Of a stretch of 30,712 nt of DNA, positions 7,863 through 16,182 are shown piece after piece. Under the pieces are notes generated by a model. It saw only the letters and a list, made by a program, of their open reading frames with translations, did no database searches and was not told the origin of the DNA. The DNA is from an uncultured Nitratifractor sp. (lineage in GTDB: Bacteria; Campylobacterota; Campylobacteria; Campylobacterales; Sulfurovaceae): NCBI GenBank assembly GCA_964496735.1, contig CAZCAZ010000001.1:1-30712 (forward strand). The letters are read 5' to 3'. Every line of letters begins with the position of its first letter. The first letter of the stretch is position 1. The translations under genes and the position numbers were made by a program.

Positions 7863-9341
7863 ATGAAGACGTTGTTATCTTTTTTAATATTGATCAGCCT
7901 ATCGTGGCTGGGTGCCACGTGGTATATTGGGCGCCAAATACCTCCAAGGCTGGAACAGTATTTTCAAAATCTTCATGCACATACCTTGACGCACTCTGGG
8001 CTAACGTATCGTACCAAAGTTCTCCGACAGACTTTTTTTAACACCACCATTCGCATCACCGCAGAGGCCTCAAATTCACCCTACAAGAAACGCTTCGATG
8101 CGCTCCCGCCCAAGGATCGAAGCATCACGCTGGACATTGAACACGGGCCACTATTTTTTCATCACGGGATTGGAGCAGGGCTGGCAAGAATTTCAGCCAC
8201 AAAACCCCACAAGGAGCTTCAAGGTATTTTTGATCTTTTTGGCCTAAAATTCTTGGCCAAGCAAGGAAAATTTCGTATACTTTATACTCTATCGTTTACC
8301 AAAAACGCACACCTAGAGATCCAGACAGATGCAGTCACACTCACGAGCAAGGCAGGCAACAGTCCAACACTCTGGATGGCGACCCTGTCTTTGGACGCTC
8401 AGATGCACCTTGAAACGCTTGCAGGCACATATCAGGTCAAGGTTCCTACACTTGAGATACGTCAGGAGACCTATATACCATTATCTGTCAAAGATCTTTT
8501 GATAGATTATCGGGCGCTTGCTCTGCCGGACGCAATGCCTATAATGGATCACTTCTCTCTCCAAGCAGCACACGCTCGCCTTTCGGCCAACCCGAAAAAA
8601 TCTACACGTAAACTCAAAGTGGCACCACGCATAGCTCTGGGTTTTCATCCAGAAACAAACGGCACCATTCGCATCGACTACGCTAGCGATATACGTATCA
8701 TCAAGGGTGCACTATCCGGAGCAGCAACTCTCATCAGGGCAGGGGGCTTACAGATACACCTCTCGGGGCTCTCGCGTCATGAGGTGCTACCATTTCTCAC
8801 CAGAGCACGCCATATCCTGGATCAGCAGATACGCCTTTACTTTGCCTCTCCCACCCATCCCGATAGCCTCCAAAAATCTCTTCCGATTCTGGATGTACTC
8901 CATCGCATACAAGCAAAAATAAAAGAGGACATAATGCACACATTGCCGCGAGCTCTCATTCCTACTCAAAGTACTCTCGATATCTCCACGCGCCTTGCGA
9001 CCCAACAGTGCCCCAGCAACCAGCTGGATGCACGCTTTCGTTTGATCAAGGCGCTGCCACAGGACGCAAATTGGTCATCTCCATTGCACCAAACTTTTGG
9101 GCTTATTTCCCTTGATGCCAACACGAGTTTTGATACCCGGTTTCTCAATACATTTGGCCCACAAGGTATCCGGCTCAACGCGACACTGGCCACAGCACTC
9201 AAACAAGGGCTTGTCTCGGAACATGAGGGGCAATACACCTCCTCAGTTCACTACACCCCGGAAGAACTAACCGTCAATCAGAAGCCCATGTCGCAATTTC
9301 TCTTCTTGCTCAACATGCTGAAAAAAGGAACATCCAAATGA
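7863..9341 (+). CDS. DUF945 (YdgA-family) exported/membrane-anchored protein
   Basis: N-terminal anchor followed by GATWYIG, IEHGPL in the N-terminal region, and C-terminal YTSSVHY..LTVNQKPM. AGGA lies 8 nt before ATG 7863 (alternative GTG at 7857), and GGCTATAAT is near 7830. Confidence 0.75.
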   Translation: MKTLLSFLILISLSWLGATWYIGRQIPPRLEQYFQNLHAHTLTHSGLTYRTKVLRQTFFNTTIRITAEASNSPYKKRFDALPPKDRSITLDIEHGPLFFHHGIGAGLARISATKPHKELQGIFDLFGLKFLAKQGKFRILYTLSFTKNAHLEIQTDAVTLTSKAGNSPTLWMATLSLDAQMHLETLAGTYQVKVPTLEIRQETYIPLSVKDLLIDYRALALPDAMPIMDHFSLQAAHARLSANPKKSTRKLKVAPRIALGFHPETNGTIRIDYASDIRIIKGALSGAATLIRAGGLQIHLSGLSRHEVLPFLTRARHILDQQIRLYFASPTHPDSLQKSLPILDVLHRIQAKIKEDIMHTLPRALIPTQSTLDISTRLATQQCPSNQLDARFRLIKALPQDANWSSPLHQTFGLISLDANTSFDTRFLNTFGPQGIRLNATLATALKQGLVSEHEGQYTSSVHYTPEELTVNQKPMSQFLFLLNMLKKGTSK

Positions 9342-9409
9342 ATTCAAACTTGTTTTTCAATAGAAATATCGCTACTATATCAAAATATTCTCCAGCCAAA
9401 AGGATGCTA

Positions 9410-10381
9410 ATGCGATCTCGTCAGGCCATCATACTCGCTCTTCTTTTAGGGCACAGTGTGTCGTATGCTGTAGATTATTCCCACTTTAGTGACATGTGCA
9501 GCCCCACTGCCGCACAACATTGCCCCAATAATCCCGAAGAGGTCAGGACACTACAAGAAGCGCTCAACGCCGATCCAAACCTTTATCTTTACATCAAAGA
9601 GGATGGGCAATGGAGCCAAGGAACCAAGGCGGCTGTTATTGTTTTTCAAGAGCAGTACGGTATTGCTCCGGCCAATGGATACTTTGGAAAGCGCAGTCGC
9701 ACAATTCTCCAAAAAGTTGTCGACAAAACATTTGAAAAACCGGTTCAAAATACCCCAAAGACAAGCAGTGCCAACAAAAACCATACGCTGCCAAAAGCCA
9801 AACCGACACGAGAATTTGTCCTGTATGGTGACATGTGCGATAATGCGATTCAAGGCAATCACTGCCCCAACCGAGTGATCGAAGTTTCCAACATGCAAAT
9901 CCTCCTCAACGCGGATCACAATCTCAATATCAACATTGCTGCTGATGGAAAATGGGGCGCAGGGACACAGAGGGCTGTGGTAGCCTTCCAGCGGTACTAT
10001 GGTATCACGCCAGCCACAGGATACGTCGGCCGTCGCACAAAAATAGCACTCGACCGCATTGCGGGCGCCATGGTGGCTCACGCTTCCACCCCAAAGTCTC
10101 AAGCACAACGAAGCACAAACAAGTCCGGCTCTGCAATACATACATGGAAAAATATCTGCGAGACCACCGCGACAGACACTTGCCCCAATCGTCCCAGTGA
10201 TGTGCGGGCCCTGCAAGCCTACCTAAATCATGCATTGCATCTCCATCTTGCTGTCGATGGAAAATGGGGAAAAGGGACCAAGCAGGCCGTCATATCATTC
10301 CAGAAGAAAAACGGCATCAACCCTGCCAGCGGCTACGTCGGCGGCAAAACACGACGCATCATGAAACGACTAAGCAAATAA
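9410..10381 (+). CDS. Secreted protein with three PG_binding_1 (peptidoglycan-binding) domains
   Basis: Signal peptide MRSRQAIILALLLGHSVSYA after SD AAGGA. Three repeats of V..LQ..LN...DG.WG.GT..AV..FQ...GI.PA.GY.G..T. Confidence 0.85.
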   Translation: MRSRQAIILALLLGHSVSYAVDYSHFSDMCSPTAAQHCPNNPEEVRTLQEALNADPNLYLYIKEDGQWSQGTKAAVIVFQEQYGIAPANGYFGKRSRTILQKVVDKTFEKPVQNTPKTSSANKNHTLPKAKPTREFVLYGDMCDNAIQGNHCPNRVIEVSNMQILLNADHNLNINIAADGKWGAGTQRAVVAFQRYYGITPATGYVGRRTKIALDRIAGAMVAHASTPKSQAQRSTNKSGSAIHTWKNICETTATDTCPNRPSDVRALQAYLNHALHLHLAVDGKWGKGTKQAVISFQKKNGINPASGYVGGKTRRIMKRLSK

Positions 10382-10395
10382 TCTTGCTTAGTCGT
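10366..10395. terminator. Perfect 12-bp hairpin at the convergent junction of the PG-binding gene and frdB
   Basis: ACGACTAAGCAA (10366-10377) pairs with TTGCTTAGTCGT (10384-10395) around a 6-nt loop. No U-tract on either strand. Confidence 0.55.
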
Positions 10396-10399
10396 CGCG

Positions 10400-11176
10400 C
10401 TATCCTTCGACGTTAATCTCCAGACCCCCACCATCATCGCGAACATTGACAAGCTTGCGACGCATATAGGCGATCTTTTCTTGCAAAGGTAGATTCTTGG
10501 GGCAATTGTCCTCACATCCGAGCAACGTCATGCAGCCAAAGATACCACTGTCATCTCCAACAAGCTCATAATAATCCTCTGCTGTCCGCTCATCATGCGG
10601 ATCAGCGTCAAAACGTGCAATCCGATTGAGGCCTACTGCACCCACAAAGTCAGGGCGCATCAATGCCGTAGCGCACGACGAGACGCAAATTCCACATTCT
10701 ATGCAACGATCGAGTTCAAACGTCGCATCCGCCACTTCAGGCTCAATACGCTTCTCCATCCGGGTAATGTCCTGCTTTTCCTGTGTGTGTATCCAGCTTT
10801 CGACGCGCTTGGACATGTCGTCCATCCACTGGCCAGTTACAACCGAAAGATCCTTGATGAGTTTAAAGGAGGGCATGGGCATCAGTCGGATTGATCCATC
10901 AGGATAGTCCTTGGTCAGCGTACGACAGGCAAGGAGAGGCTTACCGTTGACCATCATACCGCAACTTCCGCAGATGCCGGCACGACAAACAAAGTCAAAT
11001 GCCAAATCAGGCTCAAACCGCTCTCGAATCATGTTGAGCGCCACAAAAAGGGTCATCCCAGGTGTCTCCTCGAGATGATATGTCACCATGTGGGGCTTGG
11101 ACTCCGGATCACTTGGGTTGTATTGTAAAATTTCAAAAGTCAACATTCGACCTTTATTTTCCAGCGTATCAGGCAT
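10400..11176 (-). CDS. frdB: Quinol:fumarate reductase Fe-S subunit
   Basis: [33 protein letters not shown] (3Fe-4S type). Start set at ATG 11176 ([14 protein letters not shown]), which overlaps the frdA end. Confidence 0.95.
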   Translation of the reverse strand: MPDTLENKGRMLTFEILQYNPSDPESKPHMVTYHLEETPGMTLFVALNMIRERFEPDLAFDFVCRAGICGSCGMMVNGKPLLACRTLTKDYPDGSIRLMPMPSFKLIKDLSVVTGQWMDDMSKRVESWIHTQEKQDITRMEKRIEPEVADATFELDRCIECGICVSSCATALMRPDFVGAVGLNRIARFDADPHDERTAEDYYELVGDDSGIFGCMTLLGCEDNCPKNLPLQEKIAYMRRKLVNVRDDGGGLEINVEG

Positions 11177-13163
11177 CACCAATCCCTTGTCGTTCATTTT
11201 TTTCTTTATAATTTTCCGGGAGATCAAAAGGCATCAGGGCATCTTGAATCTTAAAACGATCTGCCCCCTCTGTCTCCATTGCGTCCCGAATACGATCCAC
11301 TTCTTCTTGGCGTGTGACCGAATCCGGATGCTCCGTCGTCATCCCCTTGCGCCCGTAACCCCGAAAGGCTGGAGGCATTTCCATCTTCATGATGTCCAAG
11401 TCTTCATAGAAAACTTCTGGCAACGTCGCCGTGTCATCACTCCATCGCACCAGCGTACGTTTGAGCCAGTTTGCATCATCTCTTTTGAGGAAATCTTCCC
11501 GGTAATGTGCACCACGCGATTCGGTACGCAACAGAGCTCCGTATGCAATCGAGATGGCAATCTTGAGCATCTTTGGTAGACGATAGGCTTCGACCAATTC
11601 CGGATTGGACGCGTGCATCACGTAGCGAATCCCTACCTTGCGACTGCGCTCAAGCAAATCGCGGAGCTCGTCGACCGCCTCTTGCAGCTCATCACCATTT
11701 CGAAAAATGCCTACTTTTTCGTCCATGATCTCCTGCATGCGACGCTTGATATCAAATATGCTATCGTCATTGAGAGGGCGTGACATGATTTCACGGATAT
11801 TCTTCTCTTCTTTTTCGAGAAACTTTTCGATCGTTGCTGTGCCGATGCTGATATCATTTTCCAAACAAAAGTCTGCAACATAGTTGCCCACAATCATGCC
11901 AGAGACCACGGTCTCTGCCACAGAATTTCCTCCGAGCCGATTGAACCCATGCAGGTCCCAGCACGCAGCTTCACCGCAGGAAAACAAGCCACTCAAATCC
12001 GGAGACTCTCCGGTAGGCTTGGTACGAACACCTCCCATGCTGTAGTGCTGTGCCGGACGCACAGGTAGCCAGCCTTTGGCTCCCTCGTCGGCTGGGTCAA
12101 TGCCATTAAATGTCATCGCAATCTCCTGCACGTCTCGAAGATTCTTTTCAATATGCTCGCGTCCAAGGATCGCGATATCAAGCCAGAGGTGATCGCCATA
12201 GACTGACTTGACCCCTTTGCCGTTTCGGATATGCTCCATCATGCGACGACTCACAACATCACGAGAAGCAAGATCCTTTTTCTCCGGCTCATAATCGGGC
12301 ATAAAACGGTATCCGTCCACATCACGCAGCACTCCGCCGTCTCCACGACACCCTTCGGTCAACAAGATACCTGAAGGGACGATAGGGGTAGGGTGGAACT
12401 GTACTGCCTCAGGGTTGCCCAATGTAGCGATCCCGGTCTCGAGCACAGCAGCCTGCCCTGTACCTTCACAAATCACCGCATTGGTCGTGGTGCGGTAGAC
12501 TCGGCCCCAGCCACCCGTAGCAATGGTGGTTGCTTTGGCCACATACGCCTCCAGCTCTCCATCAATAAGATCCCGAACAACCGCTCCATAACAGCGACCA
12601 TTTTCATGGATGAGAGAGAGAAGCTCCTTGCGCTCACGAATATCCACATCGTCTTTGAGCGCTTGATTGGCCACGCCAAAAAGCATCGTGTGTCCCGTAG
12701 CATCCGAGGTGTAGCATGTACGCCATTTCTTGGTACCGCCAAAATCCCGTGCATTGATCAATCCGTGGTCTTCGTCGGCTTCCGTAATGACCGTACGCTC
12801 CGTATTGATCACCACGCTACGGTCTCCCCGTTTGATGCGCGACCAGGGCACGCCCCATGCAGCCAATTCGCGGATCGCCTTGGGGGCTGTAGTGACAAAC
12901 ATTCGCGCGACATCCTGATCGCATCCCCAGTCGCTCCCCTTGACCGTATCAGCAAAGTGGACATCTTCATTGTCGCCTTTGCCCATGGTACTGTTGCCAA
13001 GGCTTGCCTGCATTCCTCCCTGGGCCGCTGCCGAGTGCGATCGCTTGACAGGCACAAGGGAGAGGACGATGGTGCTCAGCCCCTTTTCTTGCGTTGCAAC
13101 CGCTGTACGCAGTCCAGCCAAACCCCCGCCGATCACCAACGAGTCACAATATTGAATCTTCAT
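11169..13163 (-). CDS. frdA: Quinol:fumarate reductase flavoprotein subunit (Wolinella/Campylobacter type)
   Basis: [62 protein letters not shown]. Confidence 0.97.
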   Translation of the reverse strand: MKIQYCDSLVIGGGLAGLRTAVATQEKGLSTIVLSLVPVKRSHSAAAQGGMQASLGNSTMGKGDNEDVHFADTVKGSDWGCDQDVARMFVTTAPKAIRELAAWGVPWSRIKRGDRSVVINTERTVITEADEDHGLINARDFGGTKKWRTCYTSDATGHTMLFGVANQALKDDVDIRERKELLSLIHENGRCYGAVVRDLIDGELEAYVAKATTIATGGWGRVYRTTTNAVICEGTGQAAVLETGIATLGNPEAVQFHPTPIVPSGILLTEGCRGDGGVLRDVDGYRFMPDYEPEKKDLASRDVVSRRMMEHIRNGKGVKSVYGDHLWLDIAILGREHIEKNLRDVQEIAMTFNGIDPADEGAKGWLPVRPAQHYSMGGVRTKPTGESPDLSGLFSCGEAACWDLHGFNRLGGNSVAETVVSGMIVGNYVADFCLENDISIGTATIEKFLEKEEKNIREIMSRPLNDDSIFDIKRRMQEIMDEKVGIFRNGDELQEAVDELRDLLERSRKVGIRYVMHASNPELVEAYRLPKMLKIAISIAYGALLRTESRGAHYREDFLKRDDANWLKRTLVRWSDDTATLPEVFYEDLDIMKMEMPPAFRGYGRKGMTTEHPDSVTRQEEVDRIRDAMETEGADRFKIQDALMPFDLPENYKEKNERQGIGDA

Positions 13164-13945
13164 GATAGTACTCCCTGATCAGATACCCGCACGGTCGTCA
13201 TTGCCGTAGGGTGATAGCGCTCGCCGTACATGCCTTGATGCGCCATGCCAATCTTGACATACGCGGCCAACGACAACAGTCCTAGGGTCAGAAAAAACAC
13301 CGTGATGGCCCATTTGATCTTTTTGAGGCGCTTTCGAGAGGCACGTGCATCCTTTCCGTTGCACCATCCCCATTTCATGCAGAGACGGTATAGGCCGATA
13401 GAGCCATGCAACTCTACTGCAAACAGCAGCAGCAGATACAATGGCCACATCCCATCACTCCACATGCGATCGGCTGAAGCAAAAGGACCGATCTTGTCCG
13501 CATTGCTCATAAGAACATACAGATGCACCGACCCGACGAAGAACATTACAAAGCCTGTCAAAGCCTGCACCATCCAGAGATTCGTGTCACCGTGCTTCAG
13601 TGCAAAGGCATGCGTTTTGAGCACTTTGTATTCTTTCCACTTGTATGGGAATTTGCGCATTGCCAATCCGGCATGGATGATAAAAATAGCAAAAACTAAT
13701 GTGACCGAGAGCGTCACAATGATCGGATGGGGCTGTGCAAACAGAAAGCTCCCCTCAAACATTTTGGCTACAGTGTACATAAAGTCTTTACTGATAAGAA
13801 TCGTAGAGACAAACAACATATGCCCCCACATAAACAACCCGAGAAACAACCCCGAAGCGCTCTGCCAACGGTCCAGTCGAGCCGGCATACGACTCTTGGT
13901 TCCATCAACGCGTTTACCCAAGTATCCTTCAATGATACTGGCCAT
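13160..13945 (-). CDS. frdC: Quinol:fumarate reductase dihaem cytochrome b subunit
   Basis: KSRMPARLD, four His haem ligands (WGHML, IIHAG, SVHLY, VELHG), MFEG, and the E-pathway Glu in ELH. ATGA overlap with frdA. Confidence 0.95.
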   Translation of the reverse strand: MASIIEGYLGKRVDGTKSRMPARLDRWQSASGLFLGLFMWGHMLFVSTILISKDFMYTVAKMFEGSFLFAQPHPIIVTLSVTLVFAIFIIHAGLAMRKFPYKWKEYKVLKTHAFALKHGDTNLWMVQALTGFVMFFVGSVHLYVLMSNADKIGPFASADRMWSDGMWPLYLLLLFAVELHGSIGLYRLCMKWGWCNGKDARASRKRLKKIKWAITVFFLTLGLLSLAAYVKIGMAHQGMYGERYHPTAMTTVRVSDQGVLS

Positions 13946-14257
13946 TACCTATCCTTTGTGTTGCAGAATTGTAACACTTATCCTCCAAATGATAACAAGT
14001 GTCAAAACCCCGTTTTTTCGCATGTCAAACCTGGTTTGTCACGCGAAAATTTTACTCCTGTTTTACTTGCCCACATCTTAATAAATAGAAAAAATGCAAA
14101 AAAATTTCGTCAATTAAAATAAAGGGTAAAATTGAATGATTTTTTTTCGATTTTCTCTTTTCTATATATATGGATCAGCTAGAGACCCTCTCGAGTATTG
14201 TTATCTTTTTGCTGCAAGCATACCGACTCGCACAAACTATAAACATCGCCCAAGGGT

Positions 14258-15640
14258 TTATTTCTCAATATCCATCGTATCCCTGAGTGGAATTTCTTTG
14301 AGCATCAGTACCAATATGACCGTCACGGCCATCGCACACGATGCTGCTACAAAAATCGTAGAGAGCGCAACGGTAAGCGGTGAAAGATGATTGAGCAGGG
14401 TGCCCATGAGGGCAACACCGATGGTGCCACCAAGCTGCCGAAAAAGCTGCACGCTGGCGGTGGCTACACCGAGATAGCGATGCTCAAGGGCATTTTGAAC
14501 GGTAAGGGTAAAGACCGGCATTCCCACGCCTAATCCTGCACCGATAAGCATCACATTGGCAGCAAGGCTCCATGGGGAAGTATGAGTCGATGCAAACGAG
14601 AGTGCAAACAGACCCAGGGTCGTCAAGCTCATTCCTGAGACAGCCAGACGCCTGTATCGCCCTGTGCGGCTCATGTATCGCCCACTAAAAATACTCGCCC
14701 CCACCAGCGTAAGCGTCATAGGTACCAACATCATGCCCGAATGCATTGCACTGTAGTGCTGCACGCGTTGCAAAAAGAGTGGCAGATAGATCAGCGATCC
14801 GAACATGCCCGCGCCCATCAAAAAAGTAATAGCATTAGAAAGACTAAAGGTTCGATTGGCAAAAAGAAAGAGGGGAAGAACCGGATCTTTGACACGACGC
14901 TCCACCGCAACAAACAGCCCCAGGGAAATCACCGATCCGCCCAGAAGCCCTACAATCACCGGATCTCTCCAATCATACGATTTCCCCGCCAACGAAAAGG
15001 CCAGCAGGAGCGGCACGATAATCAATGTGAGCAATACGGCCCCGAGATAATCAACCCCATGCTCCTCGTGCTGGGCTTTGGAAGGAAACAGGTACCATAT
15101 CATCCCGAAGGCAATCACCCCAAAGGGCATAAAGACCCAAAAGACCCAGTGCCAGTGCCAGCGATCGACAATAAGTCCACCAATCGCCGGCCCAAAAATA
15201 CTCGCCAGCCCAAACATCGCCCCAAGCATCCCCTGCCACTTTCCCCGTTCTCGGGGGACAAAAAGGTCACCCACAGCGGCAAAGGTCGTCGCCATAATGA
15301 TCCCACCGCCTATCCCTTGCAGTGCACGTGCCGCAATAAGCTGAACAATGGTAACCGAAAGACCACACAACAATGACCCCACGGTAAAAACAACAAGCCC
15401 GGCAAGAATAAACGGTTTGCGTCCATACGTATCCGACACACGTCCCACTACTACTGCCGGGATTGAGGCAGCCAGGATATATGCAGTAAAAACCCAGCTA
15501 AAATATTGCATCCCGCCTAAATCAGCAATGATTGAGGGGAGGGCAGTGCCAATAGTTGTCTGATTGAGCGCTGAGAAGAGCATGGAGGCCATAATGGCGC
15601 TCATGATAACCATTTTTTTTCGATGTTCAAGGGTATGCAA
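14258..15640 (-). CDS. 14-TMS MFS drug:H+ antiporter (DHA2/EmrB-QacA/Mdr family)
   Basis: LNQTTIGTALP, YFSWVFTAY, GRVSDTYGRK, ARALQGIGGG, IFGPAIGG, DYLG. Start probably TTG 15640 (AAAGG 8 nt upstream, TATAAT at 15670-15665); the track start is 15676. Confidence 0.9.
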   Translation of the reverse strand: MHTLEHRKKMVIMSAIMASMLFSALNQTTIGTALPSIIADLGGMQYFSWVFTAYILAASIPAVVVGRVSDTYGRKPFILAGLVVFTVGSLLCGLSVTIVQLIAARALQGIGGGIIMATTFAAVGDLFVPRERGKWQGMLGAMFGLASIFGPAIGGLIVDRWHWHWVFWVFMPFGVIAFGMIWYLFPSKAQHEEHGVDYLGAVLLTLIIVPLLLAFSLAGKSYDWRDPVIVGLLGGSVISLGLFVAVERRVKDPVLPLFLFANRTFSLSNAITFLMGAGMFGSLIYLPLFLQRVQHYSAMHSGMMLVPMTLTLVGASIFSGRYMSRTGRYRRLAVSGMSLTTLGLFALSFASTHTSPWSLAANVMLIGAGLGVGMPVFTLTVQNALEHRYLGVATASVQLFRQLGGTIGVALMGTLLNHLSPLTVALSTIFVAASCAMAVTVILVLMLKEIPLRDTMDIEK

Positions 15641-15664
15641 AAGGGTAGCCTTTTTTTGGAAAGC

Positions 15665-15670
15665 ATTATA
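15665..15670 (-). promoter_or_regulatory. -10 box TATAAT for the MFS gene
   Basis: Position fits a short leader, an SD and the TTG start at 15640. Confidence 0.45.
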
Positions 15671-16152
15671 GTCCAATCACACATAAAAGAAGCAAAAACA
15701 ATACGAATACAGTGCAATCCCCCAGGAAGAATCTTCAAGGTAAAAATAAATTATATGCATGAATTCATTACACTTTTTTCAAATGTATTTTTTACATTAC
15801 AAAATAAATATACCGGTATAATCGAGAACAAATATATGGTACAATAGCCATATAATCTAATTTTTATAAATATAAATATATGTAAACATACATTTATATT
15901 TTAACATACGCAAAGAAAATATGACCTGGTAGTTTCATTTATTTTTGTCGTAAAATAAAAAAATAAATTATTTCATTCTAATGAATATCAAAACGTACTT
16001 ATGCGCTTACATTTTTATAACATGTATGCATCCATGATATCACAATAGGCTTGTTTTGTCTTGGCTTCATGTGATTGATTTATGGCACACGTAGCAACAT
16101 ATCAAACTCATATCCATATTTTCAGCTATTGAATCATATTTGGAAATGTAAG

Positions 16153-16182
16153 CGTACAGTATATTTTTTGATATACTGTACG
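16153..16182 (-). terminator. Perfect 12-bp hairpin immediately after the helicase stop
   Basis: CGTACAGTATAT (16153-16164) pairs with ATATACTGTACG (16171-16182), directly adjacent to the stop at 16183. Confidence 0.7.

Noticed and set aside
9551-10216. 221-aa minus-strand ORF
   Set aside because: Antisense to the triple-PGBD gene, whose internal repeats show it is the real frame.
12393-14081. 261-aa and 278-aa plus-strand ORFs
   Set aside because: Antisense to the highly conserved frdA and frdC, with no independent evidence.
16004-16154. 11-bp inverted repeat CGCTTACATTT/AAATGTAAGCG as MITE ends
   Set aside because: Plausible by chance in AT-rich DNA, with no target-site duplication. The same 11-mer also occurs incidentally at the sdhE stop (3138-3148).
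16153-16182. ACAG...CTGT palindrome as a LexA SOS box
   Set aside because: Arms are in the wrong orientation for CTGT-N8-ACAG, and the position right after a stop fits a terminator.
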